Origin: Calditrichia bacterium
GTDB taxonomy: Bacteria; Calditrichota; Calditrichia; JAJRVZ01
DNA length: 64,000 nucleotides
Assembly: GCA_963777955.1 (NCBI GenBank)
Contig: CAVZSQ010000019.1
Coordinates: forward strand, 32,001 to 96,000
Direction of reading: 5' to 3'
Shown here piece after piece: positions 19,309-29,753 of this stretch. Below the pieces are notes generated by a model. It was not told where the DNA came from. It searched no databases and saw nothing but the letters and a program-made list of their open reading frames with translations. The translations under genes and the position numbers were made by a program. How positions within the stretch are numbered: the first letter of the stretch is position 1; each line of letters opens with the position of its first letter.

Positions 19309-21138
19309 ATGAGTAATTCCAACTTAGACCGGCCAGAAACCGTTTTAACCGAATTACCCGTTCCGGGTAAGACTCTTCCGGAGATATTTTTAAAACAGGT
19401 GTCATTATACGGTTCGCAAAGGGTTGCCTTACGGTACAAAAGCAATGACCAATGGCAGGAGTACCTCTGGAGTGATTATTTTAGTTTTGTCCAAAAAATT
19501 TCAGCCGCCCTGGTAAAACTCGGCCTTAAATCTTCGGACAAAGTGTGCCTGGTATCACGAAACTGTCCGGAATGGTTATGCGTTTACATGGCTGTGCAGA
19601 GTCTGGGCTGCCATCTCGTACCGATTTATCCCAACAGTACCGCTGAACAATTTCAGTATATCGTAAAGCACAGTGAAGCTAAAATACTTTTTGTGGAAAA
19701 CCGGGAACAATTACTTAAAACTGAAAATTGGCGAAATACCTTACCGGATCTCACCAAAACAATTTTAATTTTCGGGGAAGCACCGCCGGATGTTCTGCCT
19801 TATGCCGGACTGCTGCTGATGGGAGCCGATGCCGGTCCGCATTTCCTGCAGGATCAGGTTGACAAATTATCAGCCGATTCACCGGCCGGGATAATTTATA
19901 CCTCCGGTACCACCGGTCCCCCGAAAGGGGTTATACTGACCCAGAAGAATCTTATATTTGTGGCGCGCAGTTTCTTGACCCGTTTTCATGAAATTTATGA
20001 AGAAGAAACTATTTCCTTCCTGCCGCTGTCGCACATTGCCGAACAACTTTTAACGGTTATTGCCGGCACCATTGTGGCAGACAAAATATCTTTCGCTCAG
20101 TCGCTCGAGACCGTCAGGGAAGATCTGCTGCAGGTTCGGCCTACCTTGTTCTTATCTGTTCCGCGGTTATATGAAAAAGTTTATTCGGCAATTCTGGAAA
20201 CGAGCGCGGCCGCTTCATTCTTAAAGAGACATCTGTTTAATTGGGCCTTAAAAACAGGAGATAAAGTCAGAAAATACCGCAACAGTTCCCAGCGCATTCC
20301 AAATTTTACGCTGAATCAATGGAAAATTGCCGAGCAACTTGTCTTCAAAAAAATCAGGAAAAAAATAGGTCTGGAACGGACTCACATCCTGGTCAGTGGT
20401 GCTGCACCGCTGCCGGCTGAAGTTTCGCGGTTCTTCGGTTCGATGGGTATGGATATATTTGAAGTGTTCGGATTAACCGAAACCACAGGTATATGTTGTA
20501 CCACCCTGCCCGGAAAAACTATTCCCGGCGCTGTAGGGCCAGCCATACCTGGCTGCGCGGTAAAGATCGCCGATGACGGGGAAATCCTCACCCGGGGAGA
20601 AAATATATTTTCCGGATACTGGAAAGATCCAGCGGCTTCTAAAGAAGTGTTAAAAGATGGCTGGTTCTATACCGGCGATGTGGGTTATTTCGATGAGGAC
20701 GGTTATATTCACATTACCGACCGGAAAAAGGATCTCATCGTTACAGCCGGCGGGAAAAATATTGCTCCGCAAAATATAGAGAATTTATTAAAACTTAATC
20801 AGGGTGTTTCACAGGTGGTGGTGGTCGGTGACAGAAGAAGGTATTTAACCTGCCTGTTCACGCTGAACAAGGAAAGTTTACCCAAATTGTGCGCACAACT
20901 GGGTATTGGATTATTGACGGTTGAACAGGCTGTTGAAAATAAAGTGATTATCAATAAGTTTCAGGAATATATAGAAAAAGTAAACTCGGTACTGGCACGT
21001 TTTGAAACCATTAAATATTTCCGCATATTGCCAAATGATTTTTCAGTCGAAACCGGAGAATTGACACCCACCCTTAAACTAAAACGGCGCATCATCAACG
21101 AAAAATATAAACCGATCATTGATTTGATGTATGTTTAG
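19309..21138 (+). CDS. Long-chain fatty acid-CoA ligase (AMP-dependent synthetase)
   Basis: 'IIYTSGTTGPPKG', 'FLPLSHIAE', 'FGLTET', 'GWFYTGDVG', 'ELTPTLKLKR'. Confidence 0.92.
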   Translation: MSNSNLDRPETVLTELPVPGKTLPEIFLKQVSLYGSQRVALRYKSNDQWQEYLWSDYFSFVQKISAALVKLGLKSSDKVCLVSRNCPEWLCVYMAVQSLGCHLVPIYPNSTAEQFQYIVKHSEAKILFVENREQLLKTENWRNTLPDLTKTILIFGEAPPDVLPYAGLLLMGADAGPHFLQDQVDKLSADSPAGIIYTSGTTGPPKGVILTQKNLIFVARSFLTRFHEIYEEETISFLPLSHIAEQLLTVIAGTIVADKISFAQSLETVREDLLQVRPTLFLSVPRLYEKVYSAILETSAAASFLKRHLFNWALKTGDKVRKYRNSSQRIPNFTLNQWKIAEQLVFKKIRKKIGLERTHILVSGAAPLPAEVSRFFGSMGMDIFEVFGLTETTGICCTTLPGKTIPGAVGPAIPGCAVKIADDGEILTRGENIFSGYWKDPAASKEVLKDGWFYTGDVGYFDEDGYIHITDRKKDLIVTAGGKNIAPQNIENLLKLNQGVSQVVVVGDRRRYLTCLFTLNKESLPKLCAQLGIGLLTVEQAVENKVIINKFQEYIEKVNSVLARFETIKYFRILPNDFSVETGELTPTLKLKRRIINEKYKPIIDLMYV

Positions 21139-21156
21139 TTGAGGCGTCGCCCCAAC
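21138..21156. repeat. Short imperfect palindrome (REP-like) between convergent genes
   Basis: GTTGAGGCG-T-CGCCCCAAC. Confidence 0.4.
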
Positions 21157-21204
21157 ATATCCCGAAATGATATAAAATTATTTTTAAGAATCAGTTTGCA
21201 GATT

Positions 21205-22092
21205 TCAGTTTATAATTTCCCAGGGTAATATAATTTTCCCGGGTTGATTTAACTCTTCTCTCACGCGCATTACAGCTATGCCAATATATTTGGGTGTTTG
21301 CATGATCTTCCCGGCCCATTCTTCATAGGGGGTTTCAAAGGTGGTCATCTTACTGTTGGACGATTCCCTGATCAGCAGTTGTCCTTTACTTTCTGCCACC
21401 AGCCACATATGGGCTGAAAAGATATCGGTTTTACCGGCATAGATCAAAGAACCGATATCACCCACCTTCAAGTTATTTTTGATATTCTGAAGATTTTCCG
21501 AAGGTATATAATCGATGGTCATCTGCCGGTCCGGTTTTACATACCGTAGATCGCTGATACTTTTCTTTTGAAAAAATTTAACATGGGAGATGGTCCGGGT
21601 GACCTGACGGGTAAAATTTCCTCCCACCTTTTTGCTCACATCATCCAGCAACCATTTGTTTTCCGGCAACCAATCGGCCATGGTATAGTGATTTCGCGTG
21701 CGCATACCAATGATCCCGTCTTTATAACGGATCTGCTGCAGGTTATTAAAAAAATTATCCCAGCTATCGGATATAGCCAAAGCCAGAATATGCTCGGTAA
21801 AAACCATGCAATTGGTCTGTTCAAAATTTACCAGGGGTTGGGTTTCCAGTAAGGCATAGGGCCCATCTCCCGAACAATTCAGATCATACGGCATTCCTAA
21901 AAATAACTGCGAATAGAAATTCATCCGTTCGGTAACAGTCATGTTTTGACCGGCTGTCACGGTCAGCAGAGAATCAATCTGTTTATTGCTCATATTAAAT
22001 AGTTGTTGGTTATGATCCCCGGCAGGCGCTTTAGTACAACAATATAAAACCAACATAAAGGCCAGCACACTTTTCATCACGATTCTCTTCAT
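21205..22092 (-). CDS. DUF1460 / AmiA-like N-acetylmuramoyl-L-alanine amidase, secreted
   Basis: 'FLGMPY', 'PLVNFEQTNCMVFTE', 'IRYKDG...RNHYT..DW', 'SAHM'. Confidence 0.75.
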   Translation of the reverse strand: MKRIVMKSVLAFMLVLYCCTKAPAGDHNQQLFNMSNKQIDSLLTVTAGQNMTVTERMNFYSQLFLGMPYDLNCSGDGPYALLETQPLVNFEQTNCMVFTEHILALAISDSWDNFFNNLQQIRYKDGIIGMRTRNHYTMADWLPENKWLLDDVSKKVGGNFTRQVTRTISHVKFFQKKSISDLRYVKPDRQMTIDYIPSENLQNIKNNLKVGDIGSLIYAGKTDIFSAHMWLVAESKGQLLIRESSNSKMTTFETPYEEWAGKIMQTPKYIGIAVMRVREELNQPGKIILPWEIIN

Positions 22093-22179
22093 TTCTTAAT
22101 GACCACAGACAATTAAATCCAACCAGCTGAATTTAATAAATTGTATTCTCAAACTCTAATAGTACCCCATGGAAAATAC

Positions 22180-23188
22180 TTATTCTGCAAAAAAATAGAT
22201 CCTGGTCAGCCATTTACTACTGTCCGGCTCTTTCCCGGGATCGGTTACATATTCTTCTATGACAGGTGCTTTATGTTTCAAACCATTACATATGCAGGTA
22301 AAGATCCAGAGCCTTATAAGCATTGGCCGATTTTTCATAAGGCCCATAATAATCGATTACATAAGTTTTCCCTGCCGGGATGGAAAACATACTAATTTCT
22401 TCGCTCTCCACCTTTCCCTTAACCGCTACGGCTGCAGCCATATCGGTAAGCTGATTTTGTTCATCATACGTAAAATAGAGACCGACTGGACCGCCGGCAG
22501 GTTTAAGTTTTTTCTCGGATAATGCTTTACCTATTGTCGCATAAGCCTGCGTAAAAAAATCTTTAATTGCTGCAAATTTCACTTCCTGCCGGATCAGTAC
22601 ATAATCCTTGGCTGTAAAGTCTTCAATCCTGATCTGATACTGCCTTACCTCAGCATATTCTTTTTCACTTAGTTCTTTCAGTTTTTCCAATCCCTTTTCG
22701 AAATCCGTACCGATCATTTTATCCATACTCATAAACAGCATCAGTATGTTCCAGGGAAAGGGATCTTCACCATACATGCTCCAGGATACCTTGGTCCCGC
22801 CATTATTTTCCGTCAGACGGATATACCCATCTGCCTTACTTTCCATCGGTTCAATAAAATGCAGGTGATAGCCTATCTCTTCATCCTCCTTGACACCGGT
22901 GTTCAGCATTTCTCCCGTCCCCGTCTTATCACCAATCCATTTATACGACGCACCTTTTTCTCCATCTACGCCTTCAATGGTAACCTTCACGGCCGGATCA
23001 AGTTCAGTCCAGGGCGTCCAGGTCTGCCAATTGCGCCAGTAGCTGGCATAAGCGAAGACCAGGTGCCTGGGTGAATTAATGATTACCGATCTCTCTACCG
23101 AATATTTTTTCGGGGCGATAATCCCTAAAAGGATGATTAGAACCACTAAAGCCACCAAGATGATTCCGACGATCTTCAATGCCTTCAT
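22180..23188 (-). CDS. SRPBCC (polyketide cyclase-like) plus GyrI-like small-molecule-binding domain protein; +1 indel near 22288
   Basis: N-terminal TM, 'SVERSVIINSP', 'WTPW..LDP', 'DFEKGLEKLK'; shifted frame gives GyrI-like end 'EEYVTDPGKEPDSSKWLTRIYFFAE*'. Confidence 0.82.
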
Positions 23189-23316
23189 AACTGTCTCCTG
23201 TATGTCTTAGATTATAAGTCAAGTCTATAATAAGACGTTAAACCAAATAAAAGCCAATTCTATTCTTGGTTTTTGAGTTTATTTATGTGGCCAGATCTTT
23301 TCCCCGGATATGCGCA

Positions 23317-23345
23317 GTGGGGGCAAGGCGGTGCCGTGCCCCTAC
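23317..23345. repeat. GTAG-family REP-like palindrome
   Basis: GTGGGGGCAAGGC-GGT-GCCGTGCCCCTAC (13-bp arms, 2 mismatches). Confidence 0.55.
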
Positions 23346-23362
23346 GAAATCACAACAATCAA

Positions 23363-24040
23363 TCAAAATTCCAGCGATTGACCATAATTCAATACCTGAA
23401 CATCGACACCCGATTTCTGAATCCGTTTTTTAAATTCAGCGGGATCGGTATTGATTACGTCAAAGGTCTGATAATGCATGGGCAGCACTTTTTTAGGTTT
23501 CAGGAATTCCACCGCTTTAACCGCGTCAGCCAGACCCATGGTAAAATTATCGCCAATCGGGATTAAGGCGATATCGATCGGGTTCATCTCGGCGATCAGC
23601 TTCATGTCGCTGAATAAACCCGTATCGCCACCGTGATAAATTGTTTTTCCTTCCAGCATGATCAGTACACCGGTGGGTGTCCCGCCGCTGCTGCCATCGG
23701 GAAAGGTGGAACCGTGCCAGGCCGGGGTAAATTTTACCTGACCAAACGGAAATGAACGTGAGCCGCCGATATGCATACCGTGAGCTTGAACACCATGATC
23801 GGCACAATACCCGGCAATTTCAAAATTGGCAATGACCAGCGCACGATTATTTTTAGCAATGGCCAGCGTATCCCCGAAATGATCGCCGTGGGCATGAGTG
23901 ACAATAATAAAATTAGCCTTGACGTCCCTGGCTTTTACAGGTGAAGTGGGATTACCATCCAGAAAAGGATCAATTAATATACGATGCACCCCGCTCTCAA
24001 TCATCCAGGCGGAGTGACTGAAATATGTTAACTTCCCCAT
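23363..24040 (-). CDS. Metal-dependent hydrolase, metallo-beta-lactamase fold (UPF0173-like)
   Basis: 'ILIDPF', 'THAHGDH', 'YHGGDT', 'PIGDNFTM', 'PMHY'. Confidence 0.9.
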   Translation of the reverse strand: MGKLTYFSHSAWMIESGVHRILIDPFLDGNPTSPVKARDVKANFIIVTHAHGDHFGDTLAIAKNNRALVIANFEIAGYCADHGVQAHGMHIGGSRSFPFGQVKFTPAWHGSTFPDGSSGGTPTGVLIMLEGKTIYHGGDTGLFSDMKLIAEMNPIDIALIPIGDNFTMGLADAVKAVEFLKPKKVLPMHYQTFDVINTDPAEFKKRIQKSGVDVQVLNYGQSLEF

Positions 24041-24112
24041 GGCGGTACACCTCCCAGATTTATTTGCTACTGACCGGGAGATTAATTTTCCTGGCTATCA
24101 GGCAATTGCCTG

Positions 24113-25066
24113 TCAGGCAATCGCCTTGACTTCATCCGCTGTCTTACGTACGGATTCAACCGATTTCTTGAAACTCTCTTTTTCTACCGTATTCAGATCG
24201 ATTTCGATGATTCTCTCTACCCCATCTTTACCCAGGACTACCGGTACACCGATAAACAGTCCCTTAACTCCGTATTCTCCTTCCAGCAGCACACAACATG
24301 GTACTATTTTCTTTTTATCGTACACAATCGCTTCAACCATTTCCAGTGCACCCCAGGCTGGCGACACAAAGGCTGATCCCGATCCCAGCAATTTAACCAC
24401 TTCTCCCCCCGCCTGGCGGGTCCGGTTTTCGATTTGCTCCAGTTTTTCGGCAGTCAGAAATTTTTCTACCGGCAAACCGCTGATCCGGCAGGCACTGCGG
24501 ATCGGTACCATATCATCGCCGTGCCCACCCAGGACAACAGCACTGACATTCTCCACCGAAACTTGAACTTCGCTGGCAACAAAATAACGATAACGGGCCG
24601 AATCCAGTGCTCCGGCCATACCCATGATTTTACTTTTAGCTGGTTTTAGTTTTTGATATAGCCGGTAAACAATGGCATCCAGAGGATTAGCCACCGAAAT
24701 GATAATCGCTTTGCTACAATATTTTTTGATCCCTTCGGCCACGGCATCGGTTATTTTTAGATTGGTGGCCAGTAATTCTTCGCGGGTCGGAATTGTGCCA
24801 TCCGGTCGTTTGGTGCGGGGTACGCCCGCCGTATTAATCACCAGATCCGATCCCTTAAGTACCTCGTATTCTCTGCTGCCAAAGGTTTTCACATCGGCGC
24901 CGATGGTGGCTGATCCCTCGGCGATATCCAAGGCCTTGCCTTTAGCTAAATCCGGTTCCTTTATATCTACCATTGCCACTTCCCGGGCCAGTTGACGCTG
25001 AACTATTTCCTGCATCAGCACCCCACCGATATTACCACCACCGATCAAACCGATTTTATTCAACAT
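24113..25066 (-). CDS. mdh: LDH-like malate dehydrogenase
   Basis: 'IGGGNIG', 'KGKALDI', 'TAGVPR', 'ANPLD', 'LDSARY', 'GGHGDDM'; AAGGAG RBS before ATG 25066. Confidence 0.88.
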   Translation of the reverse strand: MLNKIGLIGGGNIGGVLMQEIVQRQLAREVAMVDIKEPDLAKGKALDIAEGSATIGADVKTFGSREYEVLKGSDLVINTAGVPRTKRPDGTIPTREELLATNLKITDAVAEGIKKYCSKAIIISVANPLDAIVYRLYQKLKPAKSKIMGMAGALDSARYRYFVASEVQVSVENVSAVVLGGHGDDMVPIRSACRISGLPVEKFLTAEKLEQIENRTRQAGGEVVKLLGSGSAFVSPAWGALEMVEAIVYDKKKIVPCCVLLEGEYGVKGLFIGVPVVLGKDGVERIIEIDLNTVEKESFKKSVESVRKTADEVKAIA

Positions 25067-25228
25067 AGAAGTCTCCTTGAAATATAATGAGAGGATTGTC
25101 TTAGCCAATAATCAGAATAACGTATCATAAAGAAAGTCTTCATTCAGACTTTGCCGAGGATATGTGTGGCCAAATATACAACTATACCTTTCCCAAAGCA
25201 AGTAGTAGCAACGCCTGACAAGGCCTGG

Positions 25229-25253
25229 GAGACGCATAGCAATGCTTCTCTAC
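25229..25253. repeat. Degenerate REP-like palindrome ending in CTAC
   Basis: GAGACGCAT-AGCA-ATGCTTCTC-TAC in the divergent mdh/murB intergenic region. Confidence 0.4.
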
Positions 25254-25320
25254 CGCTTTAATTAAATATCTATTTGAAGTACAATTCAAACTACAATATA
25301 TTTAATCAAAATTGGATATA

Positions 25321-26355
25321 ATGTCACCACTCGATTCGTTAACTGAAAAATTAGAACACCTCTCTTTGCCGGTAAGGAAGAATGTAAAACTGGCTCCCTA
25401 TACCACCATGGGAGTGGGTGGTAAAGCTCTGCTGTTTGTTGAAGTGCATACGACAACCGAACTGGAACAAGCCATTACCCTGGCCCTTGACGATTCAGTC
25501 CCCTACCTGGTGCTGGGACGTGGCAGTAATCTGATCATCTCGGACCGTGGTTACGAGGGTCTGGTTATCTTAAATAAAGCCGACCACTGGCAGATTCTGC
25601 AAAATCATTCTCCGGCCTCCCGAAAAAATAAAGCAAGCAGCCGCTATATCAGTCTGGAGAAATCCAGCGAGATAACAGACCTGTCCTATTCGGACCATGA
25701 TGCAGAAGATATATTGGTCCGGGTGGAATCGGGAATCCGCATGGAGTTTTTGATTAAAGCCTTGTTGAAGGCCGGGATAACCGGGTTACAGTGGTTTGCC
25801 GGAATCCCGGCCACAGTCGGCGGAGCGGTGTTTATGAATATACATGGCGGAAACCATTTCTTCGCTGATTTTATCGAACAGGTCTGTCTTACCAACGGCC
25901 GGACCACCAGAATAATGAATAATGATTATTTTCAATTCGACTATGACTGGAGCATTCTGCATCAAACCGGGGAAATCGTGCTATGGACCGACCTGCATTT
26001 AAAAAAAGGGGATGTACAGAAAGCCGGAGCACTGGCCCGGGATTGGGCCAGGCGGAAAGCGAATCAACCCCGCCGCTCGGCCGGTTGTGTTTTCAGAAAT
26101 CTGACCGCTGCCCAGCAAAAACAATATAATTTGCCAACCCCCTCCGTCGGATATCTGCTTGATAAGGTTTTAAATTTAAAAGGTAAAAAATGCGGTGATG
26201 CTGTAATTTCACCTAAGCATGCTGCCTTCATTGAAAACCTCGGCAAGGCATCCGCAGCCGACGTAATTGAATTAATCAAACTGATCCAGCAAAAAGCCAG
26301 GGAGCAGCTGGAACTGGAACTAAAAACTGAAATTCAAACAATAGGGAAATTTTGA
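25321..26355 (+). CDS. murB: UDP-N-acetylenolpyruvoylglucosamine reductase
   Basis: 'LAPYTTMGVGG', 'LGRGSNL', 'GIPATVGGAVFMN', 'QP..SAGCVFRN', 'KHAAFIEN'. Confidence 0.9.
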   Translation: MSPLDSLTEKLEHLSLPVRKNVKLAPYTTMGVGGKALLFVEVHTTTELEQAITLALDDSVPYLVLGRGSNLIISDRGYEGLVILNKADHWQILQNHSPASRKNKASSRYISLEKSSEITDLSYSDHDAEDILVRVESGIRMEFLIKALLKAGITGLQWFAGIPATVGGAVFMNIHGGNHFFADFIEQVCLTNGRTTRIMNNDYFQFDYDWSILHQTGEIVLWTDLHLKKGDVQKAGALARDWARRKANQPRRSAGCVFRNLTAAQQKQYNLPTPSVGYLLDKVLNLKGKKCGDAVISPKHAAFIENLGKASAADVIELIKLIQQKAREQLELELKTEIQTIGKF

Positions 26356-26356
26356 C

Positions 26357-27616
26357 GTGTCAAAATTTATCATTCAGGGTGGGCTATCCTTAAGCGGTGA
26401 GATACACACCGCCGGCAATAAGAATTCAGCTCTGCCGGTCATCGCGGCAACGGTATTAACCGATGAATCTTGTACTCTGCATAATGTGCCGCAAATCCGC
26501 GATGTCGAGACAATGCTGGCTTTACTGCGGGATCTGGGAAAAAATGTCGACCGGATCAGTCCGGAAAGTTACCGGATCAGCGGCGCGGTACAAAAATCCA
26601 GACTGGAAAATAACCTGGCCGGTAACTTGCGTGCTTCCATTTTATATATGGCTCCCTTATTAGCCCGTACAGGCCAGGTAGAAACAGTTCCACCGGGCGG
26701 ATGTGTCATCGGCCGGCGTAATGTCGATACACATTTCGATGTATTAGCAGCGTTTGGCGCGAAATATCAGATAGAAGAAAAATATTATAAAGCATCGCTC
26801 AGCAAAGCCAGAGCGGCGAATATCTTTCTGCTGGAATCATCGGTAACAGCCACTGAGAATGCCCTGTTACTGGCTGCCCTGACTGCAGGACAGACAATCA
26901 TTGATAATGCCGCTGCTGAACCGCATGTCGTCGATTTAGCCGATGTGCTCAATAAAATGGGAGCATATATTCAGGGGGCCGGAACAAATCACATTCAGAT
27001 CCAGGGTGCCAGGAAACTATCAGGATTCGAGCATCGTATAGTTCCCGATCATATCGAGACAGGAACCTTCGCCATAGCAGCTGCCTGTAATAAAGGGGAT
27101 CTGCTTATCCATGATGCTTATCCGGAGCATTTTTACATTGTGGGCAATGTTCTGAAAAGAATGGGTGTGCATTTTAAATTTGTTGCCGAGCATACTCTGC
27201 ACTTAAAACCATCGAGACTGGTTTCCAATGACCTGAAGGTACGGGTGGGATTATGGCCGGGATTCCCCACTGATCTGATGAGTCCGTTGATAGTACTGGC
27301 CACCCAGGCTCATGGAGTTACCTTATGCCATGACTGGATGTACGAGTCACGGATGTTCTTCGTGGATAAACTGATCGCCATGGGGGCACAGATAACCCAG
27401 TGCGATCCGCACCGGGTTTTAGTTTCGGGTCCGACCCGGTTACGGGGACAGGAATTGAACAGTCCGGATATCCGGGCCGGTATTGCCCTGATGATTGCCG
27501 CGCTCAGCGCCCGGGGGCGCAGTATCATAGACCGCGCCGAACTGATCGACCGTGGGTATGAAAATGTTGCTGAACGGTTGAATAAACTAGGCGCCCAAAT
27601 TCAACGGGAAGAATAG
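26357..27616 (+). CDS. murA: UDP-N-acetylglucosamine 1-carboxyvinyltransferase
   Basis: 'GNKNSALP', 'LRASIL', catalytic Cys in 'PGGCVIGRR', 'PGFPTDL', 'DIRAG', 'IDRGYE'. Confidence 0.95.
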   Translation: MSKFIIQGGLSLSGEIHTAGNKNSALPVIAATVLTDESCTLHNVPQIRDVETMLALLRDLGKNVDRISPESYRISGAVQKSRLENNLAGNLRASILYMAPLLARTGQVETVPPGGCVIGRRNVDTHFDVLAAFGAKYQIEEKYYKASLSKARAANIFLLESSVTATENALLLAALTAGQTIIDNAAAEPHVVDLADVLNKMGAYIQGAGTNHIQIQGARKLSGFEHRIVPDHIETGTFAIAAACNKGDLLIHDAYPEHFYIVGNVLKRMGVHFKFVAEHTLHLKPSRLVSNDLKVRVGLWPGFPTDLMSPLIVLATQAHGVTLCHDWMYESRMFFVDKLIAMGAQITQCDPHRVLVSGPTRLRGQELNSPDIRAGIALMIAALSARGRSIIDRAELIDRGYENVAERLNKLGAQIQREE

Positions 27617-27675
27617 GCTGAACACCTACCTGAGGAAGCGGAATAGCCACGGCCGACCCGGTAAGATCAGGCCGG

Positions 27676-29614
27676 TCAGTAACCAATTCCTGTGCCTCCT
27701 GGGCCGGGAGAAAGCGGTAATTCCTGGTTACCCGGACTTGTCCGCACTACCAGAATCGGAATTTTTATCGAATGTCTGACATTATCGACAGTCTGTCCAT
27801 GAATAATATCGCCGAAAATTTGGTGGCCGTGCGAACCTAAAACGAGCAGATCAATACCCTCCTCTGCAACGGATTTAATAATTTCTTCGGCAGGATTGCC
27901 GTGACGGATAACTGTTTCTACAGCTAAATCACGTTCTTCTATCTCGCGGGCCAACTCTTCTATATACTGATAATCACTGCGGCTGTGCAAACTATCTTCG
28001 GCGGCGCCATAAACCATCGTTCCGGGTGTATCTACGATATGAATCAGGGTTAATTTGGCCTGGTGTAATTTTGTCTGGGTTATGGCCTCGGAAATGACGG
28101 CTGAGTCTCCAGCACTGTGCTCGATAGCTACGCCGATATTTTTATATTTTTTAGGTTGAATTCGTGAGGCAACATCTTTTCCGGATGAGATAATAGATTC
28201 ATCCCAGGGTCTGCTTTTTCTAAAAAACGGTACAATCACGATATACAGCAGAACTCCCAGAACAGTTAGAATTATTGGCACAATAATCACCAGTAGCCAC
28301 ATGCTGCTGCTGGCCCAATCAACGATGGAATCAAAAACCAATTTCAGGTTTAGTATAATGATAATCGTTGCGCTAATCCAGGCGGCCAGTTTTACCCACA
28401 GCGGGTTTGAAAAATTACCCATTTTATTTTTAGCGGAAGTAAAATGAATAAGTGGTACTATGGCAAAAGGTAATTGCATACTGAGCACCACCTGGGAAAG
28501 TATCAGCAGTTTATAAGTACCTTCGTTCCCGGACAGGGCAATCACCACAACCGCCGGCAGCAGAGCCACGCTTCTGGTTATAATTCTTCTCAGCCAGGGA
28601 CGAAGTCTGATATTTAAAAATCCCTCCATGACCACCTGACCGGCAAGGGTACCGGTTAAAGTAGAACTCTGTCCCGCGGCAACCAGGGCTATACCGAAGG
28701 CGATTGGCGCAAGATTAGATCCCAGGATCGGCTGGAGCAGATTGTGTGCTTCCTGAATTTCCGTAACGACTAATCCGCGGCTATAAAAAACCGCAGCTGC
28801 CATTATCAATATGGCGGCATTCACTAAAAAAGCGCCGTTTAAGGCCACGGCAGAATCGACCAGATTGAATTTACAGGCCTCGTTTTTTCCGGTATAGGTA
28901 TTTGAAATCATTCTGGTTTGAACCAGGGAAGAATGCAGGTAGAGATTGTGCGGCATGACCGTCGCTCCGATGATGCCGATGGCGACATAAAGTGCGCCTG
29001 AACCAAGGTGCGGAACAAATCCTGCTGCAATTCCGCCCCAGTCCGGTTTTGCTAAAAATATCTCAATGATAAAACTGATACCGACGGTAAAAACCAACAT
29101 TAAAATAAATGCTTCCATTTTGCGTACCCCGAGCCGTTGTATGGCCAGCAGCAGGAATGTATCAAAGGCGGTAACCAGACAGCCCCATAATAAAGGTAAA
29201 CCGAAGAGCAGATTAAGACCGATGATGGTCCCTAATACCTCAGCCAGGTCACAGGCGGCAATGGCAATTTCGCATAAGATCCACAGGAAATAATTCAGAT
29301 ATTTAGGATACTCCCTCCGGCATCCCTGCGCCAGATCGTGTCCGCTGACGATCCCCAACCGTGCCGACAAGGTCTGTAATAAAACTGCCATCAGGTTTGA
29401 CATTAATAAAACCCAAAGCAGCGTATATCCGAACCTGGCTCCGCCTTCAATATCGGTGGCCCAATTGCCCGGATCCATGTATCCGACGCTGACCAGGTAG
29501 GCCGGGCCGGCAAAAGCAAAAAGCCTTCTGAGCCAGCCGCGCTTCCTCACCGCTACCAAACTTCCATGGGGGCCAATATGATTATCTTTAACGGTAGTCT
29601 GACCTTTGCTTCAT
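27676..29614 (-). CDS. mntH: Nramp-family divalent metal transporter with C-terminal universal stress protein domain; probable +1 indel just after ATG 29614
   Basis: 'VGYMDPGNW', 'MPHNLYLHS', 'GQSSTLTGTLAGQ'; C-terminal USP 'DLLVLGSHGH...IPILVV'. Confidence 0.9.
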
Positions 29615-29753
29615 AAAACCTTCCGATCCATTTGTTGTACGGGTATTTTTTGTTTGTACATGATCAACTACTCGGCATACTGCCTGGGCAAACTATTTTT
29701 TAGGAAGTTTGATATTGTATGGTAACTGTCAGCGATTGACAGCCGCTACGTTC

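Noticed and set aside
27676..28150. Nramp-USP fusion as a novelty
   Set aside because: This fusion is a known architecture among MntH homologues
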